From an uncultured virus (IMG/VR IMGVR_UViG_2837229570_000001) (lineage: Duplodnaviria > Heunggongvirae > Uroviricota > Caudoviricetes): DNA of 28,898 nt. Numbering within the stretch: position 1 is the first letter of the stretch; every line of letters begins with the position of its first letter. The position numbers were made by a program, and so were the translations under genes. Below are positions 7,790 to 16,572 of the stretch, in pieces. The DNA is taken from IMG/VR virus record IMGVR_UViG_2837229570_000001. The stretch is one strand, 5' to 3'. The notes beneath the pieces were generated by a model. The model was given only the letters and a program-made list of their open reading frames with translations, did no database searches and was not told the origin of the DNA.

Positions 7790-7810
7790 GCCAAAAAACC
7801 GTGGTAGGAT
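7790..7810 (+). promoter_or_regulatory. Putative activator-dependent late promoter
   Basis: GCCAAAAAACCG-TGG-TAGGAT extended -10 with no consensus -35, just upstream of the terS RBS. Confidence 0.45.
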
Positions 7811-7833
7811 GACATAGCTGAAGCAAAGGAGGG

Positions 7834-8076
7834 ATGTCATTGGAGACGGAAGAGAGGATCGGCCCGGAGGGCTACACCCAGGCGGCGCTGGAGGCCCTGG
7901 CCGACATCGCCCTGGGACGGAAGTCCTACCCCGCCCGGGACAAGGACGGGCGGGAGGTCCCCTGCCAGCCCACGGTGGCCGAGCGGCTCAAGGCGCTGGA
8001 GCTGCTGAGCCGGTGGAGCGGGGAGGCCGGCACCGGAGCCCGCGCAGAACCGGCCAGGATCGTGGACGATGTGTGA
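7834..8076 (+). CDS. terS: Short terminase small subunit (oligomerisation and C-terminal parts only)
   Basis: ALADIALG..PTVAERLKALELL..RIVDDV; overlaps terL start; TTG at 7840 may be the real start. Confidence 0.7.
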   Translation: MSLETEERIGPEGYTQAALEALADIALGRKSYPARDKDGREVPCQPTVAERLKALELLSRWSGEAGTGARAEPARIVDDV

Positions 8077-9325
8077 GATCAGATGCTCCTCCCTCCTGGC
8101 CCCGGCCTTCCACTGCGTCCACCGGGATGTGAAGGCGGGGGGACACACCCACTACTGGCTCCCCGGCGGGCGGGGCTCCGGCAAGTCCTCCTTCGTGGGG
8201 GTGGAGATCCCCCTCTGCCTCATGCGGGACGCCCAAAAGGGCGTGATGAGCCACGCCGTGGCCCTGCGGCGCTACGGCGTGACCCTGCGGGAGTCGGTCT
8301 ACGCCCAGCTCCTGTGGGGGGTGCACGCCCTGGGGGCCGGACGGCTCTGGGAGGCGCGGCTCTCCCCCCTGTCCCTGTGCTACCGCCCCACCGGACAGCG
8401 CATCCTCTTCCGGGGCGCCGACGACCCCATGAAGCTCAAGTCCATCCGACCGGAGCGGGGCTACATCAAGTATGCCTGGTACGAGGAGGCCGACGAGTTC
8501 GAGGGGGAGGAGAAGGTCCGGGCCGTCAACCAGTCCCTGATGCGGGGCGGGGAGGACTTCGCCTTCTTCTACACCTTCAACCCGCCCCGCAGCGCCCGGA
8601 ACTGGTGCAACCAGTATGTGAGGGGGGAGCACCCCGGGACCCTGGTGCACCGGACCGACTACCGCACGGTGCCCAGGGCCTGGCTGGGAGAGCCCTTCCT
8701 GCTGGAGGCCGAGCACCTGCGCCTGGCCAATCCCCAGGCCTACGCCCGGGAATACCTGGGGGAGGTGACGGGCACCGGCGGCGAGGTGTTTTCCAACGTG
8801 ACGCTGCGGACCATCTCCGAGGAGGAGATCGGGCGGTTCGACCACATCCGCCGGGGGCTGGACTGGGGCTACGCCGCCGACCCCCTGGCCTACAACGTCT
8901 GCCACTACGACCCCGTCCGGCGGCGGCTCTACCTCTTCCGGGAGCTCCACCGGGCGGGGCTCACCAACCGCAGGACCGCCCTCCTCCTCCGGGAGGAGGG
9001 CGGGGAGGGGCGCATCGTCTGCGACTCCGCCGAGCCCAAGAGCATCGCCGAGCTGCGGGACTACGGCCTGCGGGCCGTGGGGGCCCGCAAGGGAGCGGGG
9101 TCCGTGGCCTTCGGAATACAATGGCTCCAGGACCTGGAGGAGATCGTCATCGACCCCGCCCGCTGCCCCGAGAGCGCCCGGGAGTTCACCGGCTACGAGC
9201 TGGAGCGGGACCGGGACGGCGGCTTCCGGGCCGGATTCCCCGACCGGGACAACCACCACATCGACGCCGTGCGCTACGCCTGCGAGGACGATATGGCGGG
9301 CCCGGCGCTGCATATCCTGAAGTGA
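8069..9325 (+). CDS. terL: Terminase large subunit, PBSX/SPP1 type
   Basis: Walker A GGRGSGKS, Walker B WYEEA, FNPP, nuclease motifs GLDWG, DSAEP, NHHIDAVRYA all intact. Confidence 0.95.
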   Translation: MCEIRCSSLLAPAFHCVHRDVKAGGHTHYWLPGGRGSGKSSFVGVEIPLCLMRDAQKGVMSHAVALRRYGVTLRESVYAQLLWGVHALGAGRLWEARLSPLSLCYRPTGQRILFRGADDPMKLKSIRPERGYIKYAWYEEADEFEGEEKVRAVNQSLMRGGEDFAFFYTFNPPRSARNWCNQYVRGEHPGTLVHRTDYRTVPRAWLGEPFLLEAEHLRLANPQAYAREYLGEVTGTGGEVFSNVTLRTISEEEIGRFDHIRRGLDWGYAADPLAYNVCHYDPVRRRLYLFRELHRAGLTNRRTALLLREEGGEGRIVCDSAEPKSIAELRDYGLRAVGARKGAGSVAFGIQWLQDLEEIVIDPARCPESAREFTGYELERDRDGGFRAGFPDRDNHHIDAVRYACEDDMAGPALHILK

Positions 9326-9424
9326 AACGGGCTCCGGCTCCACGGCCGGGGCGACAGAGCGGCGGCAGCCGCGACGACGAGAGAGGAGGAGCAGGGACCC
9401 GGAAGCAGGGCCCTGCGGCACAAG

Positions 9425-10771
9425 ATGACATACACACAGACCGAGCTGGTGAGCGCGGCCCTGGCCGACCCGGACCGGGCCCCCATGCGCCTGCATGAGA
9501 TCGTCAGCGAGGAGATCCGGGTTTTTCAAAGCTCGCCCCGGTACCGGGAGCTGCTGGAGGCCGACGCCTACTACCGCAACCGCTCCGACGTGCAGCGCAA
9601 GGCCGGCAACGGGCCGGGGCGCTCCAACGTCCGGCTGGAGCACCCCATCTACAAAAAGCTGGTGGACCAGAAGGCCCGCTACCTCCTGTCCCGGCCCTGG
9701 GCGGTGGAGACGGAGGACCGGGCCTATGGACAGGCCCTGGAGGAGCTCTTTGACGCCGGGTTCCGGCACACCGTGAAGGCCCTGGGGCGGGATGCGGTGA
9801 AATCGGGGGTGGCCTGGCTCCAGCCCTATATCGGCCCGGCGGGGAGGCTGGAGTTCCTCCGCCTGCCCGCCCACGAGGTGGTCCCCCTGTGGCGGGACGC
9901 CGGGCGGAGCGAGCTGGACGGCTTCCTCCGGGTCTACCCCCAGACCGTCTACGCCGGGCGGGAGGCCCGGCGGGTGGAGCGGGCCGAATACTGGTCCGGG
10001 GACGGCCTGCGGCGGTTCCTCTGCGCCGACGGCAGCGGGCGGTTCCGCCCCGACGGGGAGCCCGAGCCCCACTTCACCCTGGGGGGCCGGGGCTACAACT
10101 GGAGCAGGGTCCCCCTGGTATGGCTGCGCTACAACGAGGAGGAGCTGCCCCTGTGCCGCTATGTCCGGGACCTCATCGACGACTACAACTGGCAGACCTC
10201 CGTCACCGCCGACGCCCTACGGGACGTGGCCAAGTTCGTCTACATCCTCAAAAACTACGGCGGGGCCGACCTGGACGAGTTCGTGCGGGACCTGCGGCAG
10301 TGTCTGGCCGTGAAGGTGGAGGGCGACGGCGGCGTGGACAAGCTCCAGACCGACCTGGACGTGTCGGCGGTGCTGGCCTTCCTGGAGCGGGAGCGGCGGG
10401 ACCTTTTCGATTTCGCCTCCGCCGTGGACACCAGGGACCCTGACCTGGGCAGCGCCTCCGGCACGGCGCTGGGCTTCCGGTACATGGATCTGGACGCCGA
10501 CTGCGCCGACCTGGCCGACGAGCTCCAGGCCGCCTTCCGGCGGCTCAAGCCCTTCCTGGACACCTGGCTCCAGGCCACGGGCCGGGGGGACTTCTCCGGC
10601 GCGGCGTTCCGTGTGGAGTTCAATATGGATATGCCGGTGAACGAGAGCGAGGTCATCGCCAACGTCAACGCCAGCCGGGAACTGTTGTCCCCCCGCACCC
10701 TGCTGGCCAACCATCCCTGGGTGGCCGACGTGGAGCGGGAGCTGCGGGAACGAGAGGAGGTGAACCTATGA
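9425..10771 (+). CDS. SPP1 gp6-like portal protein
   Basis: KKLVDQKARYLL, LIDDYN, SGTALGFRYMDLD, HPWV motifs; follows terL. Confidence 0.92.
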   Translation: MTYTQTELVSAALADPDRAPMRLHEIVSEEIRVFQSSPRYRELLEADAYYRNRSDVQRKAGNGPGRSNVRLEHPIYKKLVDQKARYLLSRPWAVETEDRAYGQALEELFDAGFRHTVKALGRDAVKSGVAWLQPYIGPAGRLEFLRLPAHEVVPLWRDAGRSELDGFLRVYPQTVYAGREARRVERAEYWSGDGLRRFLCADGSGRFRPDGEPEPHFTLGGRGYNWSRVPLVWLRYNEEELPLCRYVRDLIDDYNWQTSVTADALRDVAKFVYILKNYGGADLDEFVRDLRQCLAVKVEGDGGVDKLQTDLDVSAVLAFLERERRDLFDFASAVDTRDPDLGSASGTALGFRYMDLDADCADLADELQAAFRRLKPFLDTWLQATGRGDFSGAAFRVEFNMDMPVNESEVIANVNASRELLSPRTLLANHPWVADVERELREREEVNL

Positions 10772-11241
10772 TCGCGGAACCCATTCGGGCCCTCCTGGGA
10801 GAGGACCTGGCGGGGCGGGTGGAGGAGGTCCTCCGGGGTGCGGGACCGGAGGGCGGAGACCTGGACCTGGTGGCGGGCAACGACGGCAGCTATCTCCCCG
10901 CGGGGGAGGTGGAGCGGCGCCTCCGCACCGCCGCCCTGCGGGCGGGTCTGGCCGGGCTGGTCCACGACCCCGACGATATCCTGCCCCTGGTGGACCTGGA
11001 CGCGGTGGAGACCGACGGCCGCGGCGGCCTCCGTACCGACCTGGAGGCTCTGCTCGCCCCCATCCGGACCGCCAAGCCCTACCTCTTCCGGACCGGGGAG
11101 GCGGAGCCGCCGGTCCTGGCCGGCGCCGTCCCCGCGCCCCCCGGCGGCGCGCCCCGCAGAAGCTATACCATGGAGGAGCTGGGACGCCTTACCATGGAGG
11201 AGTACAGAGAAGCGCGGAGGATAGGCGCGCAGGGGAACTAA
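10768..11241 (+). CDS. Capsid scaffolding protein (short)
   Basis: Upstream of capsid; NDGSYLP, KPYLF, MEEYREARR motifs. Confidence 0.65.
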   Translation: MIAEPIRALLGEDLAGRVEEVLRGAGPEGGDLDLVAGNDGSYLPAGEVERRLRTAALRAGLAGLVHDPDDILPLVDLDAVETDGRGGLRTDLEALLAPIRTAKPYLFRTGEAEPPVLAGAVPAPPGGAPRRSYTMEELGRLTMEEYREARRIGAQGN

Positions 11242-11466
11242 GGCGTCATGGAGACGAAAAAACAGGTTGGCCGGAGGCCAACGGCATTTTTCGCGGAATG
11301 ACGGCTTAGTGACCCGTGGGCGCGCCCAATCCGCAGCGTGACAGCCCCGAAGCGCGCAGGGGGGCTGAGGCGGGACAGAGCCGGCTTCAGAACAGGCCCG
11401 CGCCCTCCGGGATAGAAGCTCCGCAGGAAACCATCACAACAAACAGGAAAAAGGAGAGGAATTACA

Positions 11467-12564
11467 ATGGCAAACACATTTCTGACCCCCAGCGTCGTCG
11501 CCCGGGAGGCCCTGATGGTGCTGGAAAACAATCTGGTCATGGCGAATCTGGTCCACCGGGACTACTCCGATGAGTTCGTCCAGGTGGGCGACACTGTGAC
11601 CATCCGCAAGCCCGCCAAGTTCACGGCCAAGAACTTTGCCGGCGCCATCGTCCGGCAGGACGCCTCCGAGGGGAGCGTGGCCGTGAAGATCGACCGGCAC
11701 CGGGACGTGTCCTTTGAGGTGACCAGCAAGGAGATGACCCTGGACATCAAGGACTTTTCCAGCCAGCTCATCGCCCCCGCCATGCGGGCCATCGCCCAGG
11801 CGGTGGACGAGGACCTTCTCAACGAGTGCGCCAACATCGCAGCCTCCGTCCAGGCCACCGCAGATCCTTCCGATCTGGCGGATCTGGCCGCCCTGGCCAA
11901 GACCCTGGACGCGGCCATGGCCCCCCTGGATCAGCGCAGACTGGTGCTCTCCACCGCACACAAATACCGCTATGCCCTCACCGACAATCTCTCGAAGGTG
12001 GCCTACGCGGGCAGCGGGGAGACCCTGCGCAACGCCGAACTGGGCCGTGTGTACACGCTGGACACCTACATGGACCAGAACTGCCCCGACTCCCTGTCCG
12101 CCGCCCCCGGCACCGCCGGGGCCTACCAGGTGACCGGTACGGCGGGGGCGACCGTCGTGGCCCTTACGGGGGTGAGCGCCGCCACAGCCACCGTGAAGAA
12201 GGGCGACTGCTTCATCCTGGACGGCTACCGCTACCACTTTACCGAGGACAAGACCGCCGTCTCCGGCGCTGTGGCCCAGGTGGGCATTGACTGTGAGCTG
12301 GTGAAGGATTACACCAACGCCGACGCCTATGTGGTCTCCAAGCCCCACTCCCTGGCCTTCCACCGCAACGCCATCGCCCTGGTCACCCGCCCCCTGGCCC
12401 TGCCCATGGGGGACGACCGGGCCGCCATCATCAGCGGCAACGGCCTGGGCGTCCGGGTGGTGTACGGCTACGACCAGGATACGAAAAAGGACACCGTATC
12501 CCTGGACGTCATCTACGGCATCCAGACCCTGGACGACACCCTGGCGGTAAAACTGGTGGGGTAA
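11467..12564 (+). CDS. Major capsid protein, P22 coat-like (HK97 fold with insertion domain)
   Basis: MANTFLTP..AREALMVLENNLV..VHRDYS..GDTVTIRKP; AFHRNAIALVTRPL; DVIYG. Confidence 0.92.
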   Translation: MANTFLTPSVVAREALMVLENNLVMANLVHRDYSDEFVQVGDTVTIRKPAKFTAKNFAGAIVRQDASEGSVAVKIDRHRDVSFEVTSKEMTLDIKDFSSQLIAPAMRAIAQAVDEDLLNECANIAASVQATADPSDLADLAALAKTLDAAMAPLDQRRLVLSTAHKYRYALTDNLSKVAYAGSGETLRNAELGRVYTLDTYMDQNCPDSLSAAPGTAGAYQVTGTAGATVVALTGVSAATATVKKGDCFILDGYRYHFTEDKTAVSGAVAQVGIDCELVKDYTNADAYVVSKPHSLAFHRNAIALVTRPLALPMGDDRAAIISGNGLGVRVVYGYDQDTKKDTVSLDVIYGIQTLDDTLAVKLVG

Positions 12565-12610
12565 AACAAAGCGCGGAGCCGCACGGCGAAACAGAAAGGA
12601 AACGGATGGG

Positions 12611-12985
12611 ATGGACCACGTGAATGAACGGCTTGTCCGGCTCAAGCATCTGCTGGGCATTGTGGAGGAGGAGCAGGACGGACTGCTGAGTACGGCGCTC
12701 CAGGCCGTGGAGGACCAGGTGCTCAACTACCTGGGCCGGGAGGAGCTCCCTCCGGAGCTGGAGCGGGCGCTGCTGCTGATGACGGCCTCCTATTGGAAGG
12801 GGGCGGCCCTGGGCGGCGGAGCCGCAGCGGGGCCGGTGGCCTCTGTCAAGCGGGGAGACGTGTCCACCTCCTTTGCCGTGAGCGGCGGAGCCGCGGCGGG
12901 AGCAGGGACCTTCGAGCTCGCGGACGGGGGCGCCTTCTTCGGCTGGCGGGAGACCCTGAACGGCTATCGAAAGCTGAGGAAATAA
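12611..12985 (+). CDS. Head-tail connector/adaptor
   Basis: LKHLLG..VLNYLGREELPPEL..VASVKRGDVSTSF..LNGYRKL; position. Confidence 0.8.
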   Translation: MDHVNERLVRLKHLLGIVEEEQDGLLSTALQAVEDQVLNYLGREELPPELERALLLMTASYWKGAALGGGAAAGPVASVKRGDVSTSFAVSGGAAAGAGTFELADGGAFFGWRETLNGYRKLRK

Positions 12986-13349
12986 GAAGCGCGGAGCGCC
13001 CGGGAGCAGGGCGACAGCGAAACACGGAGACGAAAAAACAGGTTGGCCGGAGGCCAACGGCATTTTTCGCGGAGTGTTGAGCAGTTGTCCGTGGCGGAGG
13101 GCGCGGAGCGTGACAGGAGAGAAGCGCGGAGCGCCCGGGAGCAGGGCGACAGCGAAACACGGAGACGGCGTCAGAACAGGCCCGCGCCGCTCTGTTTCCC
13201 GCGAAGCGGAAAACTGCCGCATTTGCGATCCCGCTCTTCCTTTCCGAATCGAAACACCTGTTTCGATTCGGGGAGGACGAGCAAGGGAATGGAGCGAGAA
13301 ATCGCCGTGGGCGGAATGGACTTTGCGAGGACGAGAGAGGAGGGTATCC

Positions 13350-13736
13350 ATGGGCTTTGGGAACCCCGCCGCCGAGCGGGCGGCGCTGGAGCAGACCTAT
13401 GAGGACCGGACCGACGTGCTCCGCCCGGGGCGGGACCGGGAGGGCAATCTCACCCGGACGGTGTACGAGCTGGTCTATGGGGCGCTGCCCTGTGCCCTCT
13501 CCCGGGCCGGGGTGCAGTCCAGGCTCAGCCGGGAGCGCAGCGGACAGAACCGGGCGGAGAACCGGCTGGACTACGACGCGGTGCTCTTCCTGGCACCCGA
13601 GCCGGAGCTGCGGCCCGGCGACCGGGTCCGGGTACAACGGGCGGACGGAGAGACCCTGGAGCTGGAGCTGGTGGGGCGGGCTGTCCGCTACCCCACCCAC
13701 CAGGAGGCGGCGGCCAGGGAAAAAAGACTGATATGA
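13350..13736 (+). CDS. Head closure / head-tail joining protein
   Basis: GAGGAGG RBS; LPCALS..LFLAPE..LRPGDRV..YPTHQE; position. Confidence 0.7.
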   Translation: MGFGNPAAERAALEQTYEDRTDVLRPGRDREGNLTRTVYELVYGALPCALSRAGVQSRLSRERSGQNRAENRLDYDAVLFLAPEPELRPGDRVRVQRADGETLELELVGRAVRYPTHQEAAAREKRLI

Positions 13737-13749
13737 CGGAGAGACGAGT

Positions 13750-14193
13750 ATGACGGAATACGACCTTATGCAGGCGGCCGCGGGAAAGCTCACGGCCCTG
13801 TGGCCCGACCGGCCCGTGTACACCGGGACCATCCCCGCGGGGGCCGACGGAAGCTTTTTCCTGGAGCCCACCGGCTCCGAACAGACCGAGGGGCTGGACC
13901 GCTTCCGGCACCGGAAGGCGCGCTTTCGGGTGCGCTACTTTCTGGACAGCGGAGACGCCGGGGCCTTCGCCCAGTGGGCGGAGACCATGTTCGCCTCCTT
14001 CCGGCGGCTGGAGGCGGCGGAGGGAGCGCACACCCGGACGGTACGCCTGACGGGCCGGAAGGCCCAGGTGGCAGAGGACGGGAAGTCCTGCCAATTTACG
14101 TTTGACGTCGACCTCTATTACCGGGAGGAGCCCCAGACCACCGGAGAGGTGATGGAATACCTGAAACAGGAGGAGACATGGAAGAGACAGTGA
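13750..14193 (+). CDS. Tail terminator-like protein
   Basis: Between head closure and sheath; LWPDRPVY..SFFLE..FRVRYF. Confidence 0.65.
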   Translation: MTEYDLMQAAAGKLTALWPDRPVYTGTIPAGADGSFFLEPTGSEQTEGLDRFRHRKARFRVRYFLDSGDAGAFAQWAETMFASFRRLEAAEGAHTRTVRLTGRKAQVAEDGKSCQFTFDVDLYYREEPQTTGEVMEYLKQEETWKRQ

Positions 14194-14384
14194 CGACCAA
14201 GACCCCCAAGCGGTCCCGGCGGGGCGGAGTGGAACCGGTGTTCACCCGGCGGCAGCTCCTGAAGGCCGAGACCATGGCCGTCCCCAGGGACGTGCTCTCC
14301 GCCGTCCTGGAAGAGGGGCGACTTTACACCAAAGGCCAGGCGCAGGGCTTGGCGGAAACATTTTTGAAAAGAAAGGTGAACTGA
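14178..14384 (+). CDS. Small phage protein preceding the sheath
   Basis: AGGAGG RBS; FTRRQLL..RDVLSAVL..YTK..FLKRKV. Confidence 0.65.
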   Translation: MEETVTTKTPKRSRRGGVEPVFTRRQLLKAETMAVPRDVLSAVLEEGRLYTKGQAQGLAETFLKRKVN

Positions 14385-15719
14385 ATGTCTATGGGAGGCG
14401 GCACCTTTACGGTGCAAAACAAGATCCTGCCCGGCAGCTACATCAATTTCGTGAGCACGGCCTCCGCCGCCACGCTGGGAGAGCGGGGCACGGCGGCCCT
14501 GCCCCTGGAGCTGGACTGGGGGCCGGAGGGCCAGATCTATGCCCTGGAGGCCGGGGAGTTCAACCAGACGGCCCTGAAGGTGTTCGGCCATGACGCCACG
14601 GCGGCGGAGCTGCTGCTCATCCGGGAGGCGCTGAAGCGGTGCTCGACCCTGCTGGTGTACCGGGTGAACGCCGGCGGGACCAAGGCCGGCGCCACAGTGG
14701 GAGGCCTGACCGTCACCGCCCGGTGGGGCGGCACCCGGGGCAACAGCCTCCGGGCGGCGGTGCAGGCCAACGCCGACGACGAGGAGAAGGTGGACGTGGT
14801 GACCTATCTGGAGGAACAGGAGGTGGACCGCCAGACCGTGGCGGCCTCCGGCGGCGCGGCGGACCTGAAAGCCAACGACTTTGTGAGCTTCGGCACGGCG
14901 GAGACCCTGACGGCGGCGGCCGCCACGGCCCTCACCGGCGGAACCAACGGCACGGTGAACGGCGCGGCCTACGCGGCCTGGCTCACCGCCCTGGAGGTGG
15001 AGGACTTCAACGCCGTGGGCTATCCCGGCACGGATGAGAGCGTAAAGGCGCTGGTGGACGCCTTCGTCAAGCGGCTGCGGGACGAGGACGGACGCAAGGT
15101 GGTGGGGGTGCTCTACCAGCACGCCGGGGACGACATCGGCCTTATCAGCGTGAAAAACGGCGTGGTGCTCACCGACGGCACCGTGCTCACCGGCGACAAG
15201 GCCGTGGCCTGGGTCACCGGCGCCACCGCCGGGGCGGAGGTGAACGAGTCCCTCACCAACACGGCCTACGACGGCGCGGTGGATGTGGACGTCAAGTACA
15301 CCAGAGGACAATACGAGCAGGCCATGCAGGCGGGCGAGTTCGTCTTTTACCCCGACGGGGGAAAGGCCCGGGTCCTCTCCGACCTCAACAGCCGCACCAG
15401 CTTCGGCGGAGGGATCAGCGAGGACTGGACCTCCAACCGGGTGGTGCGGGTCATGGACGGCTGGGCCAACGATGTGGCCCGGACCTTCTCCCAGAGCTAC
15501 CTGGGTACACAGACCAACAGTGAGACGGGCCGGGCCCTCTTCAAGGCCGACCTGGTGGCCCTCGGAAAGGAATACGAGGGCATCGACGCCATCAGCGGCT
15601 TTGCGCCCGACGACGTGACCGTGCTCCAGGGGGACGGCAAGCGGGACGTGTCCGTGGCCTGCGCCCTCACCCCCAACGACAGCATGGAAAAGCTGTATAT
15701 GACGGTGGCCGTCCATTAA
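14385..15719 (+). CDS. xkdK: Contractile tail sheath (XkdK-like)
   Basis: GGGTFTVQNKILPGSYINF, LELDWGP, NESLTN, NRVVRVMD, MEKLYMTV. Confidence 0.93.
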   Translation: MSMGGGTFTVQNKILPGSYINFVSTASAATLGERGTAALPLELDWGPEGQIYALEAGEFNQTALKVFGHDATAAELLLIREALKRCSTLLVYRVNAGGTKAGATVGGLTVTARWGGTRGNSLRAAVQANADDEEKVDVVTYLEEQEVDRQTVAASGGAADLKANDFVSFGTAETLTAAAATALTGGTNGTVNGAAYAAWLTALEVEDFNAVGYPGTDESVKALVDAFVKRLRDEDGRKVVGVLYQHAGDDIGLISVKNGVVLTDGTVLTGDKAVAWVTGATAGAEVNESLTNTAYDGAVDVDVKYTRGQYEQAMQAGEFVFYPDGGKARVLSDLNSRTSFGGGISEDWTSNRVVRVMDGWANDVARTFSQSYLGTQTNSETGRALFKADLVALGKEYEGIDAISGFAPDDVTVLQGDGKRDVSVACALTPNDSMEKLYMTVAVH

Positions 15720-15738
15720 AAGAGAGGAGTGAACGAAC

Positions 15739-16197
15739 ATGAAGGTACTCAACGGCTGGGATGCGGTGTCCGGCAAGGAGGGACGCGCGTACGCCAAGAT
15801 TGACGGGAACAACGAGGAGCTCTTTTACGCCAAGACCATCGAGGCCAAGGTGGAAAAGACCAAGAGCCAGGTAAAGTCCATCGGCCGGCGCATGGTGGGA
15901 CACAAGACCACCGGCGCGGAGGGCACCGGCTCCATGACCATCTACTACATCACCCCGCTCTTCCGGGCCAAGCTGGCGGAGTGGAAGGCGACGGGCCGGG
16001 ACGCCTATTTCGACCTGGTGATCGAAAACGACGACCCCGACTCCTCCGCCGGGCGGCAGATCATCCGCCTGGAGGGGGTCAACCTGGACGCCACCGTACT
16101 GGCCAAGCTGGACGGCGACTCCGACGACCCCCTGGAGGAGGAGACCGACTTTACCTTTGAGGATTGGGACATCCTGACCCCCTTCTCCAAGGTGTGA
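15739..16197 (+). CDS. xkdM: Tail tube (XkdM-like)
   Basis: DAVSGKEG..GTGSMTIYY..NDDPDS..GRQ..EEETDFTFED. Confidence 0.92.
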   Translation: MKVLNGWDAVSGKEGRAYAKIDGNNEELFYAKTIEAKVEKTKSQVKSIGRRMVGHKTTGAEGTGSMTIYYITPLFRAKLAEWKATGRDAYFDLVIENDDPDSSAGRQIIRLEGVNLDATVLAKLDGDSDDPLEEETDFTFEDWDILTPFSKV

Positions 16198-16229
16198 CGC
16201 AGGCGGGAGGGGGCGCGGGGCCCCCTCCC

Positions 16230-16483
16230 CAGCGTGTCGAGAAACCTCGACACGCTTCAAAAAAGTGCTTGCACTTTTTTGAACTCTTGCAGGCCGCTGC
16301 GTCGCACTCGCTGCACTCGCATGCTTGCGGCCTGAGAAGTGATTTTTGCGAGGCACAGGTCCCCGCAAAAATCGGATTTCAATTTCTTTTGCCGCCGAGG
16401 GCGGCAAAACTCTGCCGAGGTCTTTTGTCCCCTGTAAGGTGATTTGACTTCCTTGCAGGGTGCCTGGCTTTTTCGACAGACTG
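16230..16483. mobile_element. MITE-like non-coding element (254 bp) with imperfect terminal inverted repeats
   Basis: Left CAGCGTGTCGAGAAA versus right rc CAGTCTGTCGAAAAA (12/15); degenerate ~25-bp hairpin duplicated on both flanks; several internal hairpins. Confidence 0.6.
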
Positions 16484-16572
16484 GGAAGGGGGCACGGGCC
16501 CCCTCCCCTCCCATGTCCGTGGGGCGGAAGCAAAATGAAACAATATGAAAAGATAAAGGAGCGGTATTTTTT

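Larger units (their letters stand above)
11250..13188. repeat. Shared intergenic repeat modules: 48 bp (11250-11297 = 13026-13073), 48 bp (12985-13032 = 13120-13167), 18 bp (11387-11404 = 13171-13188)
   Basis: Exact matches read from the sequence; both 48-mers contain a GC hairpin. Confidence 0.85.

Noticed and set aside
880..13188. CRISPR array from the 39-bp or 48-bp repeats
   Set aside because: Only two copies of each, no regular repeat-spacer period, no cas genes
3489..15812. Long alternative-frame ORFs (e.g. 3489-4925 -, 5570-7807 +, 7988-10072 -, 8083-9498 +, 11434-12726 -, 14118-15812 -)
   Set aside because: Shadow ORFs expected in high-GC DNA; they overlap well-supported genes, have Pro/Gly/Arg-biased composition and lack recognisable motifs
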